Source: Squalus acanthias (lineage: Eukaryota). From it: a stretch of 64,000 bases of DNA. The translations under genes and the position numbers were made by a program. This document shows positions 22,535-32,745 of the stretch, piece after piece. The stretch spans positions 1,488,001 through 1,552,000 of the forward strand of contig JASTWF010000036.1 in the NCBI GenBank assembly GCA_030390025.1, in the 5' to 3' direction. Each line of letters opens with the position of its first letter. Within the stretch, counting starts at the first letter, position 1. The notes beneath the pieces are model-generated. The model was not told the origin of the DNA, did not search any database, and saw only the letters and a program-made list of their open reading frames with translations.

Positions 22535-23321
22535 GGCCTGGAATTTGCGGTCAGCGGCGAAGCGAAGGAGTTCGCCGCTGGCCCCGAAGTACGCTTCGCA
22601 CAAAGATCTCGCGGTCTCTGTGTCGAGAACTTTGGGTTTTCCGACGTTCAATTCAAATCAGCGTAGTTTAGTGGGAATCCCAGAGCGCAAGCTGCTGTGA
22701 CGTCAACAGGCTGTCTAAGCAGCCAATCAAAACGCAGAATTCTCACAGACAGCGAACAAGGAAGTGAGTGAGCTCTTAAAATTCTAACTTTTTAAAAATG
22801 TTAGAGAGAGCAAAACAAAGATTGGGGCTCTCACATGGGGAAAAGGCAAACCTGGAATAAAGTTGGACAAACTTAAAAAAAAATTGTTTAAAAAAGTTTC
22901 TTAATTTTAATTTTTATTAAAATGGATAAATTTGACATTGCACAAAAGTAAAATTAGTTTTTCAGGGCCATAACCTTTGTTTAGCAGTCAATACACTGTT
23001 AAAACCCCAGTTACACCTAATCCTTTTGGATCTATCTTTTAGTGGGGAATTTAACAGCGGTATTAGTGCGGAAGAGCGAAGTTTGTCAGTTTCCCTGATT
23101 TGGGTGATTACACCGATTGCCGGCTTTGGGGCGCGGGGGGGTTGGGGGGAGGTTTGGGGCATAGCACAGCCTGTGTCGGGCCAGTGAATGACAGGCCGCA
23201 ATTTCGGGATTTCCGCGTTGGGCTGGGCATGCGCTAAATCCTGAAGTTGCGGTCAGTTTCAACGGCAAAACGACGACGAACCCTGCCAGTTCGCCGTTAT
23301 CAGGACCGCAAATTCCGGGCC
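22535..23321. mobile_element. Non-autonomous DNA transposon (PIF/Harbinger-like MITE), 787 bp
   Basis: TIRs GGCCTGGAATTTGCGGTC / GACCGCAAATTCCGGGCC (17/18) with ATT on both sides (3-bp TSD). CpG-rich arms, AT-rich centre, no transposase ORF. Confidence 0.85.
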
Positions 23322-23444
23322 ATTATTAGTAAAGCTAGTTTTATAAAGAAAAACTATGGCTGGACCAAGGAGCCTGGAATTTCTTGGACCTAAGGATCGA
23401 GATTCATGCCACAATCGAAACATTGAAGGGGCCCTTCCGAGTGC

Positions 23445-23800
23445 TCCCTCGATGGCTCAGGTGGTAAATGCACTGCTCAGTGTGGCCCTACGTAGCAGGA
23501 CAGTCCCAGGCTCTGAGCTAAGGCAGCAGCTAGGGTGGGGACAATCTGCCACTGCGCCCCTTCACAGGAGGAGCGAAGAATCAAGCAGGGCTCCTGCTCC
23601 CGATCACTGCCGAACTACCTCTGCTGGAAAGTGTGCGCGTGTTGGCATTGGGTGAGGGCCGGATCGGGATGCGCCCGTGCTTGAATATCCTGCCAACACT
23701 TGGTATCTAGGTTCACACATAAAGAGTGGCACTTGGATGAGATAATGGCACCCTTGGAACTTACTGCAGCAGGGAGTCAACACCTTCTGTAGAAGAGGGG
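23445..23800 (+). mobile_element. tRNA-headed SINE, third family
   Basis: GATGGCTCAGGTGGTAAATGCACTGCTCAGTGTGG head and CAGGGCTCCTGCTCCCGATCACT are shared with 57390-57790. Confidence 0.7.
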
Positions 23801-23894
23801 AGAAACCTGTTCAAACGGAATCATTTTGTTTTCATTGTATATTCACTGATGGGCATACAGAAAGAATTTCTGGATTAGCTGTTAAGTGTCCTCT

Positions 23895-24278
23895 TAACTC
23901 AGTTGGTAGCCCTCTGGCCTCTTAAGTCAGAATATTGTGGGTCAAGTCCCACCCCAGGACTTGAGCACAAAATCTAGGCTGACACTTCAGTGCAGCACTG
24001 AGGGAGCGCTGCACTGTCACAGGTGCCGTCTTTTGGATGAGACGGCTCCATCTTTCACTTGAGAAATTAAACTGAGGCCCTGTCTGCCTGTTCTGATGGG
24101 CATAATGCTGGCCACCGTATCAGAAGGAGAGCAGGGAGTTCCCCAAGTGTCCCGGCCAACCTTCTTCCCTCAACCAACACCACCATAAACAGATTATCTG
24201 GTCATTCATCTCATTTGCTGTCTGTGGGACCTTTCTCTGTGATGTGATAAGGCGCGATATAAATGCAAGTTCTTTCTT
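23895..24278 (+). mobile_element. DeuSINE with tRNA head and an internal deletion near the tail
   Basis: TAACTCAGTTGGTAGC...GTGGGTCAAGTCCC, CTGAGGGAGCGCTGCACTGTC, AAACAGATTATCTGGTCATT, ATAAATGCAAG. Confidence 0.85.
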
Positions 24279-24339
24279 ATAAAAGATTAAAGAAATAGAC
24301 TGAGATTTGATCAAAGTAAATTGCATTCCGAATGAACCA

Positions 24340-24587
24340 TATACATAAAAACATAAGAAATAGGAGCAGGAGTCGGCCATACGGCCCCTCGAGCCTGCTC
24401 CGCCATTCAATAAGATCATGGCTGATCATCGACCTCAACTCCACTTTCCCGCACTATCCCCATATCCCTTGATTCCCCTAGAGTCCAAAAATCTGTCTAT
24501 CTCAGCCTTGAATATACTCAATGATTCAGCATTCCCAGCCCTCTGGGGTAGAGAATTCCAAAGATTCACAACCCTCTGAGTGAAGAA
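24340..24587 (-). mobile_element. CR1 LINE 3' end
   Basis: ACATAAGAAATAGGAGCAGGAG...AGAATTCCAAAGATTCACAACCCTCTGAGTGAAGAA. Confidence 0.9.
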
Positions 24588-25160
24588 TGTGAAGAATTTG
24601 AAATGAAACAATGTACGCTTTAAAAGGCTTCATTTTAGCTTAATTCAATTGAGTGCAGAATGAAAGGCATTATTGCTTCAAAGCTTATCAGCCTTTTTAT
24701 TTGAAATGTTATTAAAAATTAAGCACCAGATGTAATGATGAAGCGATTTACACAGCAGAGGCCTAAATTGCTGCTGAGTTAATGCTCCTTTTTTTTTAAT
24801 AAAGATGTTAATGAAAGAGAATTAGATGTACACATCCGAGAGCAAACTGATGGGGCAATTTACAGATTACGGATTGATGCGGGCTGTACAGGTTTCTGAT
24901 GGATCCCGTTCCAAACTTGTGACTGCAATTGATGTTCTGAGGCTGAGATTACAAAGACAAATGCCCGTAATTTGATGTGATCTTAATTGGCATAAACAAG
25001 TTCTAGAATTCACTACCTTCCTTCCCGTTAATGTAGCAGAGAGATTTTGAGTCAATTGATGGATGAGGCAATTCAATTTTGTTTTAATTGATATAATGTA
25101 ATCAAAGACTGGTTGGGACTGGATGGCACAGTGGGTTTGCACACACTCTTTTCACTTTTT

Positions 25161-26297
25161 TAAGAAATAGGAGCAGGAGTAGGCCATTTGGCCCTTCGAG
25201 CCTGCTCTGCCATTCAATAAGATCATGGCTGATCTTCTACCTCATCTCCACTTTCCTGCACTATCCCCATATCCCTTGATTCTCTTAATATTCAAAAATC
25301 TATCGATCTCTGTCTTGAATATACTCAATGACTGAGCCTCCACAGCCCTCTGGGGTAGAGAATTCCAAAGATTCACTACCCTCTGAGTGAAGAAATTCCT
25401 CCTCATCTCAGTCCTAAATGGCCGACCCCTTATTCTGAGACTCTGACCCCTGGTTCTAGACTCCCCAGCCAGGGGAAACATCCTCCCTGCATCTACCCTG
25501 TCAAGCCCTGTAAGAATTTTGTATGTTTCAATGAGATCACCTCTCATTCTTCTAAATTCTCGAGAATATAGCCCTAGTCTACTCAATCTGTCCTCATGAG
25601 ACAATCCCCCCCATCCCAGGAACCAGTCTGGTGAACCTTTGTTGCACTCCCTCTATGGAAGTATATCCTTCCTTAGGTAAGGAGACCAAAACTGTACACA
25701 ATATTCCAGGTGTGGTCTCACCAGGGCCCTATATCATTGCAGTAAGATGTCTTTACTCTTCTACTCAAATCCTCTTGTAATAAAGGCCAACATACCATTT
25801 GCTTTCCTAATTGCTTGCTGTACCTGCATGTTAACTTTCAGTGATTCGTGTACAAGGACACCCAGGTCCCTCTGAACACCAACATTTCCCAATCTCTCAG
25901 CATTTAAAAAATACTCTGCTTTTCTATTTTTCCTACCAAAGTGGATAACTTTACATTTCTCCACATTATATTCCATTTACCATGTTCTTGCCCACTCACT
26001 TAGCCTGTCTATCTCCCCTTGAAGCCTCCTTGCTTCCGCCTCACAATTTACATTCCCACCCAGCTTTGTATCATCGGCAAACTTTGATATATTACATTTG
26101 GCCCCCTCATTCAAATCATTGATGTAGATTGTGAATAGCTGAGGCCCAAGCACTGATCCTTGCGGTACCCCACTAGTTACAGCCTGCCAATCCGAAAATG
26201 ACCCATTTATTCCTACTCTCTGTTTTCTGTCTGTTAACCAATCCTCAATCCATGCTAGTATATCACCCCCAGTCCCATGAGCCCTAATTTTGTTTAA
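25161..26297 (-). mobile_element. 5'-truncated CR1 LINE
   Basis: ORFs 25761-25976 (YNVEKCKVIHFG...KANGMLAFI) and 25242-25604 (LYSREFRRMRGDLIE...); VPQGSVLGP region at ~26145-26175. Confidence 0.95.
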
Positions 26298-26630
26298 TCT
26301 TTAGGTACCATCAGCCAAGACCAATAGATGTAAGGGTGAGTGAAGTGACTTTGGACAGTCTCAACCTGATTCCTCACGGATGCATATCCACCAGCAAAAG
26401 TGCCCATAATTTGGCAGAAGTTGGCCAAATGCCATGCAGACAAGCCTGGATTGTGATAGCCCAAATAACGAATGCCAGCTTCATCCTCTGAAAGTGATCC
26501 TATGCTGCAAAACATGACACTTTCATTTCCTACGCCAACTATATTTTGTGGCCTCTGTGAATGAGATTTGCAGCTTCATTCTAAATTACGGACCAGTTTT
26601 GTGCTGTGAATTTCTCACATATAGGAGAGA

Positions 26631-26988
26631 GCACGGCCTCGCCCCTCCCTATCTCTGTAACCTCCTCCAGCCCTACAACCCTCTGAGATATCTGCCCTCC
26701 TCGAATTCTGGCCTCTTGCGCATCCCTGATTTCCTTTTCTCCACCATTGATGGCCGTGCCTTCAGCTGCCTGGGCCCTAAGCTCTGGAATTCCCTCCTTA
26801 AACCTCTCCGCCTCTCCTCCTTTTAAGATGCTCCTTAAACCCCACCTCTTTGACCAAGGTTTTGGTCATCTGTCCTAATACCTGCTTACATGGCTCGATG
26901 TCAACATTTTGCTTGATAATCGCTCCTGTGAAGCGCCTTGGGACGTTTTACTATGTTAAAGGCGCTATATAAATGCATGTTGTTGTTG
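26631..26988 (+). mobile_element. L2 LINE 3' end
   Basis: HGLAPPYLCNLLQPY...DGRAFSCLGPKLWNSL in ORF 26548-26826; AGCGCCTT/AAGGCGCT stem-loop and (GTT)n tail. Confidence 0.9.
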
Positions 26989-27366
26989 AAGGGAGCGTGA
27001 AAAGGACACTGCAGCCCCTCATAGGACTTGGTCGTGTCCTGGAGAGGTGGTGATGGTACAAGCTTATGCCAGCCAAGAAATTCTACTACCCATTTTATGT
27101 CTATTGAGGACTGATCTGTGACTGCCGAAACGCACTTTGAACTCTCTATGTAAGCTGGAAACTCGGACTCTCCGGCTCATTACTGCAGCACCCTTCCTCT
27201 CAAAGTATTGTATTGTCATTAATGTTGCAATTAAATAGCAACGAGTTGTTCAGATTCCAATTTGCAGGGCTATGGGGAAAGAGCGGGACCAATTGGAGAG
27301 CTCCTACAAAGAGCCGGCACAGGCACGATGGGCCGAATGGCCTCCTCCTGTGTTGTAAGGTTCGAT

Positions 27367-27545
27367 GGGGTAGATTTTGACTTTGTGCGATCACGGGTGA
27401 TAGCGTGTCAGCAGCCCATTTAACATCTCTCCCGATTTATATTTCCCTTGACTTCAATGGAAATATAAATCGGGAAAGACGTAAAACGGGCTGTCGACTC
27501 GCTATCACCCGTTTTACACGATGGCACAAGGTGAAGATCGACCCC
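27367..27545. mobile_element. Palindromic MITE (179 bp) inserted in a short CR1 tail (from ~27258)
   Basis: GGGGTAGATTTT / AAGATCGACCCC ends; inner arms CGGGTGATAGCG / CGCTATCACCCG and TCCCGATTTATATTTCC / GGAAATATAAATCGGGA; flanks GAT and TAT. Confidence 0.85.
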
Positions 27546-27711
27546 TATGATTCTATCACTGGATGTTACATACACCTATTCTGCACAGCTCTAACAGTCA
27601 GGACACCATACTCCGATTGCCGTGTAGCAACGTTGTAAAGACCACTCTTTGGGGCGTCTTATTGAGGAATCGGGCCAAAAGCGGGTTAGATTTTGCATGT
27701 TTTGCTATTTC

Positions 27712-28235
27712 TGGAATTTTAACCCTACCTGCCTGGTGGAAACTGGACGGGCGTGCAGTTAAAATTGCCCGGGTTATTTATCCTCCTGGAAGCCACCCAG
27801 GTGCCACCGTTTAACGGATGCTTCTGAACAGGCGGTTCAGCCAGCTGCCCAAAGCCGCTGGGGTCCTAATTCGCACATGCGAATCAGGGTCCAATGATGC
27901 CATTGGGCCCCGACAGCAATGTTAACTTAAACCTGAGCGGGGAAGAGGATCGGGAAGATGGAGGTCCTCCAAGTAACTTTATTACTTTCCTTTGTGGGGC
28001 CAGAAAGAGCAGGAGTCCAAGGCTGGCTTAACTGAGTGCCAGCGGGTGGCGAAGTGATGCCCGGTTTTCCGAAGGCTGGCAGCCACTTCCCGCCCCATTC
28101 CTGGACCAGCGGCATATTAATGAGGCCCGGCGGTTAAAATTGCCGCTGCCTCATTCTGCCGCGGGCGGGCGGGCGACGAACTGAATCCGGTGGTTTCCAG
28201 CTGTCCGTTAAAATCCACCCGCCCCCCAACCCCCT
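27712..28235. mobile_element. GC-rich MITE remnants, Harbinger-like
   Basis: GGAATTTTAAC / GTTAAAATTGCC and GTTAAAATCCACCC motifs resemble the ends of the 51927-53861 element; CpG-rich. Confidence 0.5.
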
Positions 28236-30332
28236 TCATTTCCGATAGTGCTAGTAATGGTGAATATCAAAGATCTGGCTGCTGTGTTTACAATGGAACC
28301 ATCGCAAAGCGACCAGAGAGTCGTTCCTCCTGGTATCTTGCAGAGACTGCAATGGAAACGATACGAAATGGCATCATTAGCAGTAAATGACTGCAGAGAG
28401 GAGCCCTTTGCTGTGAATTCGTTGGTCATTCTGCTCAGGTTATATTTCTGACATGATTTAAAGTCACTTGCCCCTGAAGAAAGGAAATCGCCCATAAAAC
28501 CAGCTGCATCTCAATGGAGCCAATCAGATTGCTGCACCCTCGATTGTGAGAACCTATATGGAATCAATCAGGAAACGGGATAAAATATACGGTGGTTTAG
28601 ATGAGCGGCTAATTGGGAGCGGCAGGAATGAACTGCACTATTCCGTGAAGCAATAGATACAACACACAAAGTAGAAAAAGAAAAAAAATTAAAGGACTGG
28701 AGACAGACATTGCACACAAGCCAATGAGTTGCATATTTTTCAGCTCCTTGACATGCTTGGAAAGTAATCCACCCCTTCAATGCATATTATCTGAAGATAG
28801 AAGTAATCTTTATTTAGAGGGTTAGCACACCGTAATGGTGGTGGGATGGTGCAATTTAAGAGCTAGATGAATATCTGGCCAGGAACTACATTCACGCTTA
28901 TAAGGATAAGTACAGATAGAAAATATCAAATGCTGTGTGGAACGTGGGGGTTCCTGAGCTGCAGGTACCTCGGAAATGTCATTGCAAGGCAGGCAAAAGT
29001 CCAAGACTGTATAATGTAGGATGTAAGGTTGGATAGTTGAGATTTCCTCTCTGCGTGCTCCAGGGTGGCTCTATTTCCACAAAATCACTGGCTCATGACT
29101 TTGCTAAAATAATACACGCAAGAATTTGACGTGATCTTGTTAACCAAGGCACTAAAAATAGCACACAGAGGGAATTCGACCTTTTGGAGTTTTGCTTGAC
29201 TTACCTTTTAGGGCTGAAATGGAGTGGGGCAGAGTTCATGATAGAGTGACTTAAAAATGGCTGGTGAATGGCTTGATGGGCTGCTTGGCCTCTTCTCACT
29301 CAAACCTTTATACTCTTACCATGTGGAGACAAAACCACTGTTGCTTCACATCACAATTTTTTCCCCATCTTATTGATATGATCCGAGCAGGATTTGACTT
29401 CTACCATCACCAGAAGGATCCGATGGTGACGTCCTTGAGTGAGGAATTCTCTTGGATGCCCAACCTGGTGTTCACTGAAAACTGAAGGAATGAAACCTCT
29501 TTAACAGTTGAGTTCTTAAATGTCAAGCGAAACCAAATACCACCTGACAATTGAGGTAGAACAAAGTTGTCACTTACATCTCCCCATGTTTCGTGTTCTG
29601 GCCCACAATACCTCTGTTCATATACACGTCTATATTGACAAGACATTAGCCATAAACTTTCCAGATGCTGACCGTTATCAATTTGAAATTGTTCATGGTT
29701 TCATAAATGATGATCCATCAAGCTCTTGTTACTAAAACCATTTTCAGAGGGGTTGTTAATATTTGTCTATTAATTTTTCCAGCTGATTACATTAATCTGG
29801 ATGAAAATTTGGAGAGCATCTGTCGCCCTTCAAAGTGTCAAAAGGAGTATAAAATTGCAAAGAAAGCCAATCATTTCAGGCTGGGTTTTTTTTCTAACCT
29901 GGAACTGGACATTTGTACACGGCTTCCAAACTTCCCTCACCAAACAGCAAATTAACTCTGGTTCACCTCAGATTCGGATTACTGTTAGCGGTTTGAACGT
30001 TGTGCCTTAAAGGGACAGGAGAACTTAAACACAGCTCCACCTTAGCAGCAGAATAATACACTGTGCATCACACAGTACTGAGTAGCGTGTGGGAGGGGGG
30101 CAGTTGGAAGAGTTTAGCCTTTTGGAGGACCAGCTGGCCTTCTGTTGGAAGGCCTTTGTCCACTGTGATCAGTTCTGCCTGAGAGCTTAAGGTCAACTGA
30201 ACTCCATCTATTTCCACGCTATATGTTGTTTCAGTTCACCTTGTACTCGCAAGCACCTTACCTTGTAACTTTGGATTGACATGCCAAATGGTCTTTTCCT
30301 GTTCCATGCTTTTTTTTTAAGTTCTTGGTCAT

Positions 30333-30640
30333 GGGACTGGGTGGTATTGTGCATTAGATCATTCTCCTTGCGTCTTTCGAGACCCTGGCTTGAATCCAAT
30401 CGGGACTGGTGGAGTGGAAAGTCTGCTTCGTCTGTTGGCTGTAAGGATGTCACATTAAATGAGTTTGGACAGTCATGTTGTGAAAAATTGAGAAACGTCA
30501 CATTGGCGCAGTAATGGATGCTCTTCTGAGATTGCAACTCGATTGAGGCACAATGATGTGGCAGGGTAGAGGAAGCTTTGTTCTCCATCTAACTGCGCTA
30601 TGCCTGATCTGGGAGTGTTTGATGCTGATAATGAGTGCCT
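30333..30640 (+). mobile_element. LF-SINE-like tRNA SINE, diverged
   Basis: GGGACTGG...TTGAATCCA...GAAAGTC...GGCTGT...AAATGAGTTTGG...TTGAGGCACA...GGCAGGG...GGAAGC appear in the order of the recalled LF-SINE consensus. Confidence 0.55.
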
Positions 30641-30779
30641 GAACAAGCCAAGTGTTCAATTTCTCAGCACTGACATCTTACACCTCGACAAGAATAAAAA
30701 GTCAAAAGTAGCCAGTACAGACAAATACCTTGTGAAGAAACTCCCAAGCCAGCCATCCTGTGATCTGTTTGAGTGAAAT

Positions 30780-30921
30780 TGACAGATCGTGCTGAATTAG
30801 GGCAATTTTCTGTTGCGGGTCCATGCCCACTGGCAACTGGTTTGAGACTACCCAAACGGACCAGCAGGTGGCAAAGAGGGCAGACCTCCATCTCATGAGT
30901 CTGGGCTGGATTCAAGCCCAA
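30780..30921 (-). mobile_element. LF-SINE-like fragment containing a CTCF-type motif
   Basis: Minus strand TTGAATCCAGCCCAG...GTCTCAAACCAGTTGCCAGTGGGCA; plus strand CCAGCAGGTGGC at 30861-30872. Confidence 0.55.
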
Positions 30922-31755
30922 GAAACAGTGGTCATCAGAACCGCCCGATAGAATTACTGCCGGTTATTAGGTCTTATGTATATTCTCCTACATGAAAACT
31001 GTGGCAAATATATTTTTGATTTTTCACCTAAAGTATGTTCAAATCAAAGCCTACACTATGAAATACATGGCCATAGCCACAAACGGCATTGTGCCTTGGA
31101 GCCCACACATGCAGTGGTAACATTTTCAATCCATGGATCTCAAGGACCAAATAACACTTGATGAATGTGGTAAAAGGCAATTCCTTTTAACAGGAACAAA
31201 TTGCGCCTTTCTTTTCTGGGCCTTTATTCTGCAATATTAAATACACAATCTTGAAGCCAGGAGTAGAGGTTATAGACAAAATGTATGTTAGGAAATTGCA
31301 GCGGTGTTCTGTAATTGGCCAGTGAGCAAGGCTTGACGAATAAGGCCTCTATTATCAAGTGAGAAAGCGTTGGTGGAAATTGTGCCTGGGTTCTCGAAGG
31401 TCCTTAATCTTGAAACATCTCAGTAGGTGCTGATGTATGGCCGGCTAAGTGGTATTTACTCTCTGTTGTGTCCGGGGAGGAGATATGACAGCCTGAGTTA
31501 TTTGAAAAACAGTTCTTGAAGCTGAATAAATGATGCACTCTCCTGTGAACTCAGTCTGGGGCTCCTGTGAACTTATTTTTCATTTAACTCCTGTGTGGTT
31601 TTCTCCCCCCTTTGCATGTTTTTTCTTTGGGACTAAGAATTCGATTCTCCTCAGACTTTCATCCTTGACACTAAAAAAAGTGTTAGTATGTTCATTGATC
31701 CACATCCGAACATGATGTCCACTGGCATTTAAAGTTACAAAATGGATGCTTTATC

Positions 31756-31778
31756 ATATATATATATATATATATATA
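31756..31778. repeat. (AT)n microsatellite
   Basis: Direct reading. Confidence 0.95.
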
Positions 31779-32745
31779 ACACAATCTTTATTGCCCGAAG
31801 TCTAGTCTTAATTACCAACCACTTATTTGCTCACTGTTATGGTGGGTGGTAGGATGACTAAAACTAGCCCCTTGCTTATACCAAAGGGCATTGTAGAGGT
31901 TCACCTTTTTTAAGTAACTCTTTCTCAGGACTCCCGTAGAGTTTTCCTTAGGCTTAAAGGGCCGATGAAAAGACTCTCTTTGGAGGAGTGACAACTGGCC
32001 TCTCAGGCTTCAACTGTCATTGTGCCGAGACTCAAACTCGTGAAGTTCCATTATTGATGGGAAATTATAGACTTTGCTTCCAGTGTGATGGATTGGCATT
32101 TCAGGATTATAAGAACTTGGAAGTGTGAAATGCTGTCAAAGTTGTTAGGAACAAATTGCTAGACGATAAAAGACCACGGTCCATCTAGTTTGCCTTCTAC
32201 CATCCTGGTAGTCGCATGATACAATGATAATGGAGTTGTTGACTAATCACATCAATCAATCTCTATCAATTGGTCTACAACAGACCCAGACATGATATGA
32301 AGAAAACCCCCAGTGGTGGAGTGCTTTGGGAACCATAGGTCCAAAGTTACCTGTTCTTCCCGAGCATACTACACTCACCACACGTCATGTGTCAGCCATG
32401 GCTCAGTTGGTAGTACCCTCGCCTCTGAGTCAGAAGGTTGTGGGTTCAAGTCCCACTCCAGAGACCTGAGCACAGAAATACTAGGCTGACACTCCAGTGC
32501 AGTGCTGAGGGAGCGCTGCACTGTTGGAGGTGCCATCTTTCAGATGTGATGTTAAACTGAAGCCCTGTCTGCTCTCTCGGGTGGACGTAAAAGATCCAAT
32601 AGCACTATTTTGAAAAAGAACAGGAGTTAGCGCTGGTGTCCTGGCCAATATTTATCCCTCAATTAACATCACTGAATCAGATAATCTGGTCATTATCACA
32701 TTGCTGTTTGTGGGAGCTTGCTGTGCACAAATTGGATGCCGCGTT

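Noticed and set aside
28248..28451. Possible host exon (AG at ~28246, GT at ~28439)
   Set aside because: No recognisable domain in any frame, a weak donor, and no partner exons. The sequence is rich in TF-like words, so it reads better as non-coding.
29520..29955. Cadherin-like peptide impression (YHLTIEV...FPDADRYQFEI) and the neighbouring ORF
   Set aside because: Lacks the DxNDN, LDRE and DxD motifs, is bounded by stops, and has no consistent splice sites. A BLASTX search would settle it.
32399..32470. tRNA genes at SINE heads (also 57394, 23450, 4130-4180)
   Set aside because: A and B boxes are present but run directly into SINE bodies; no complete cloverleaf or terminator.
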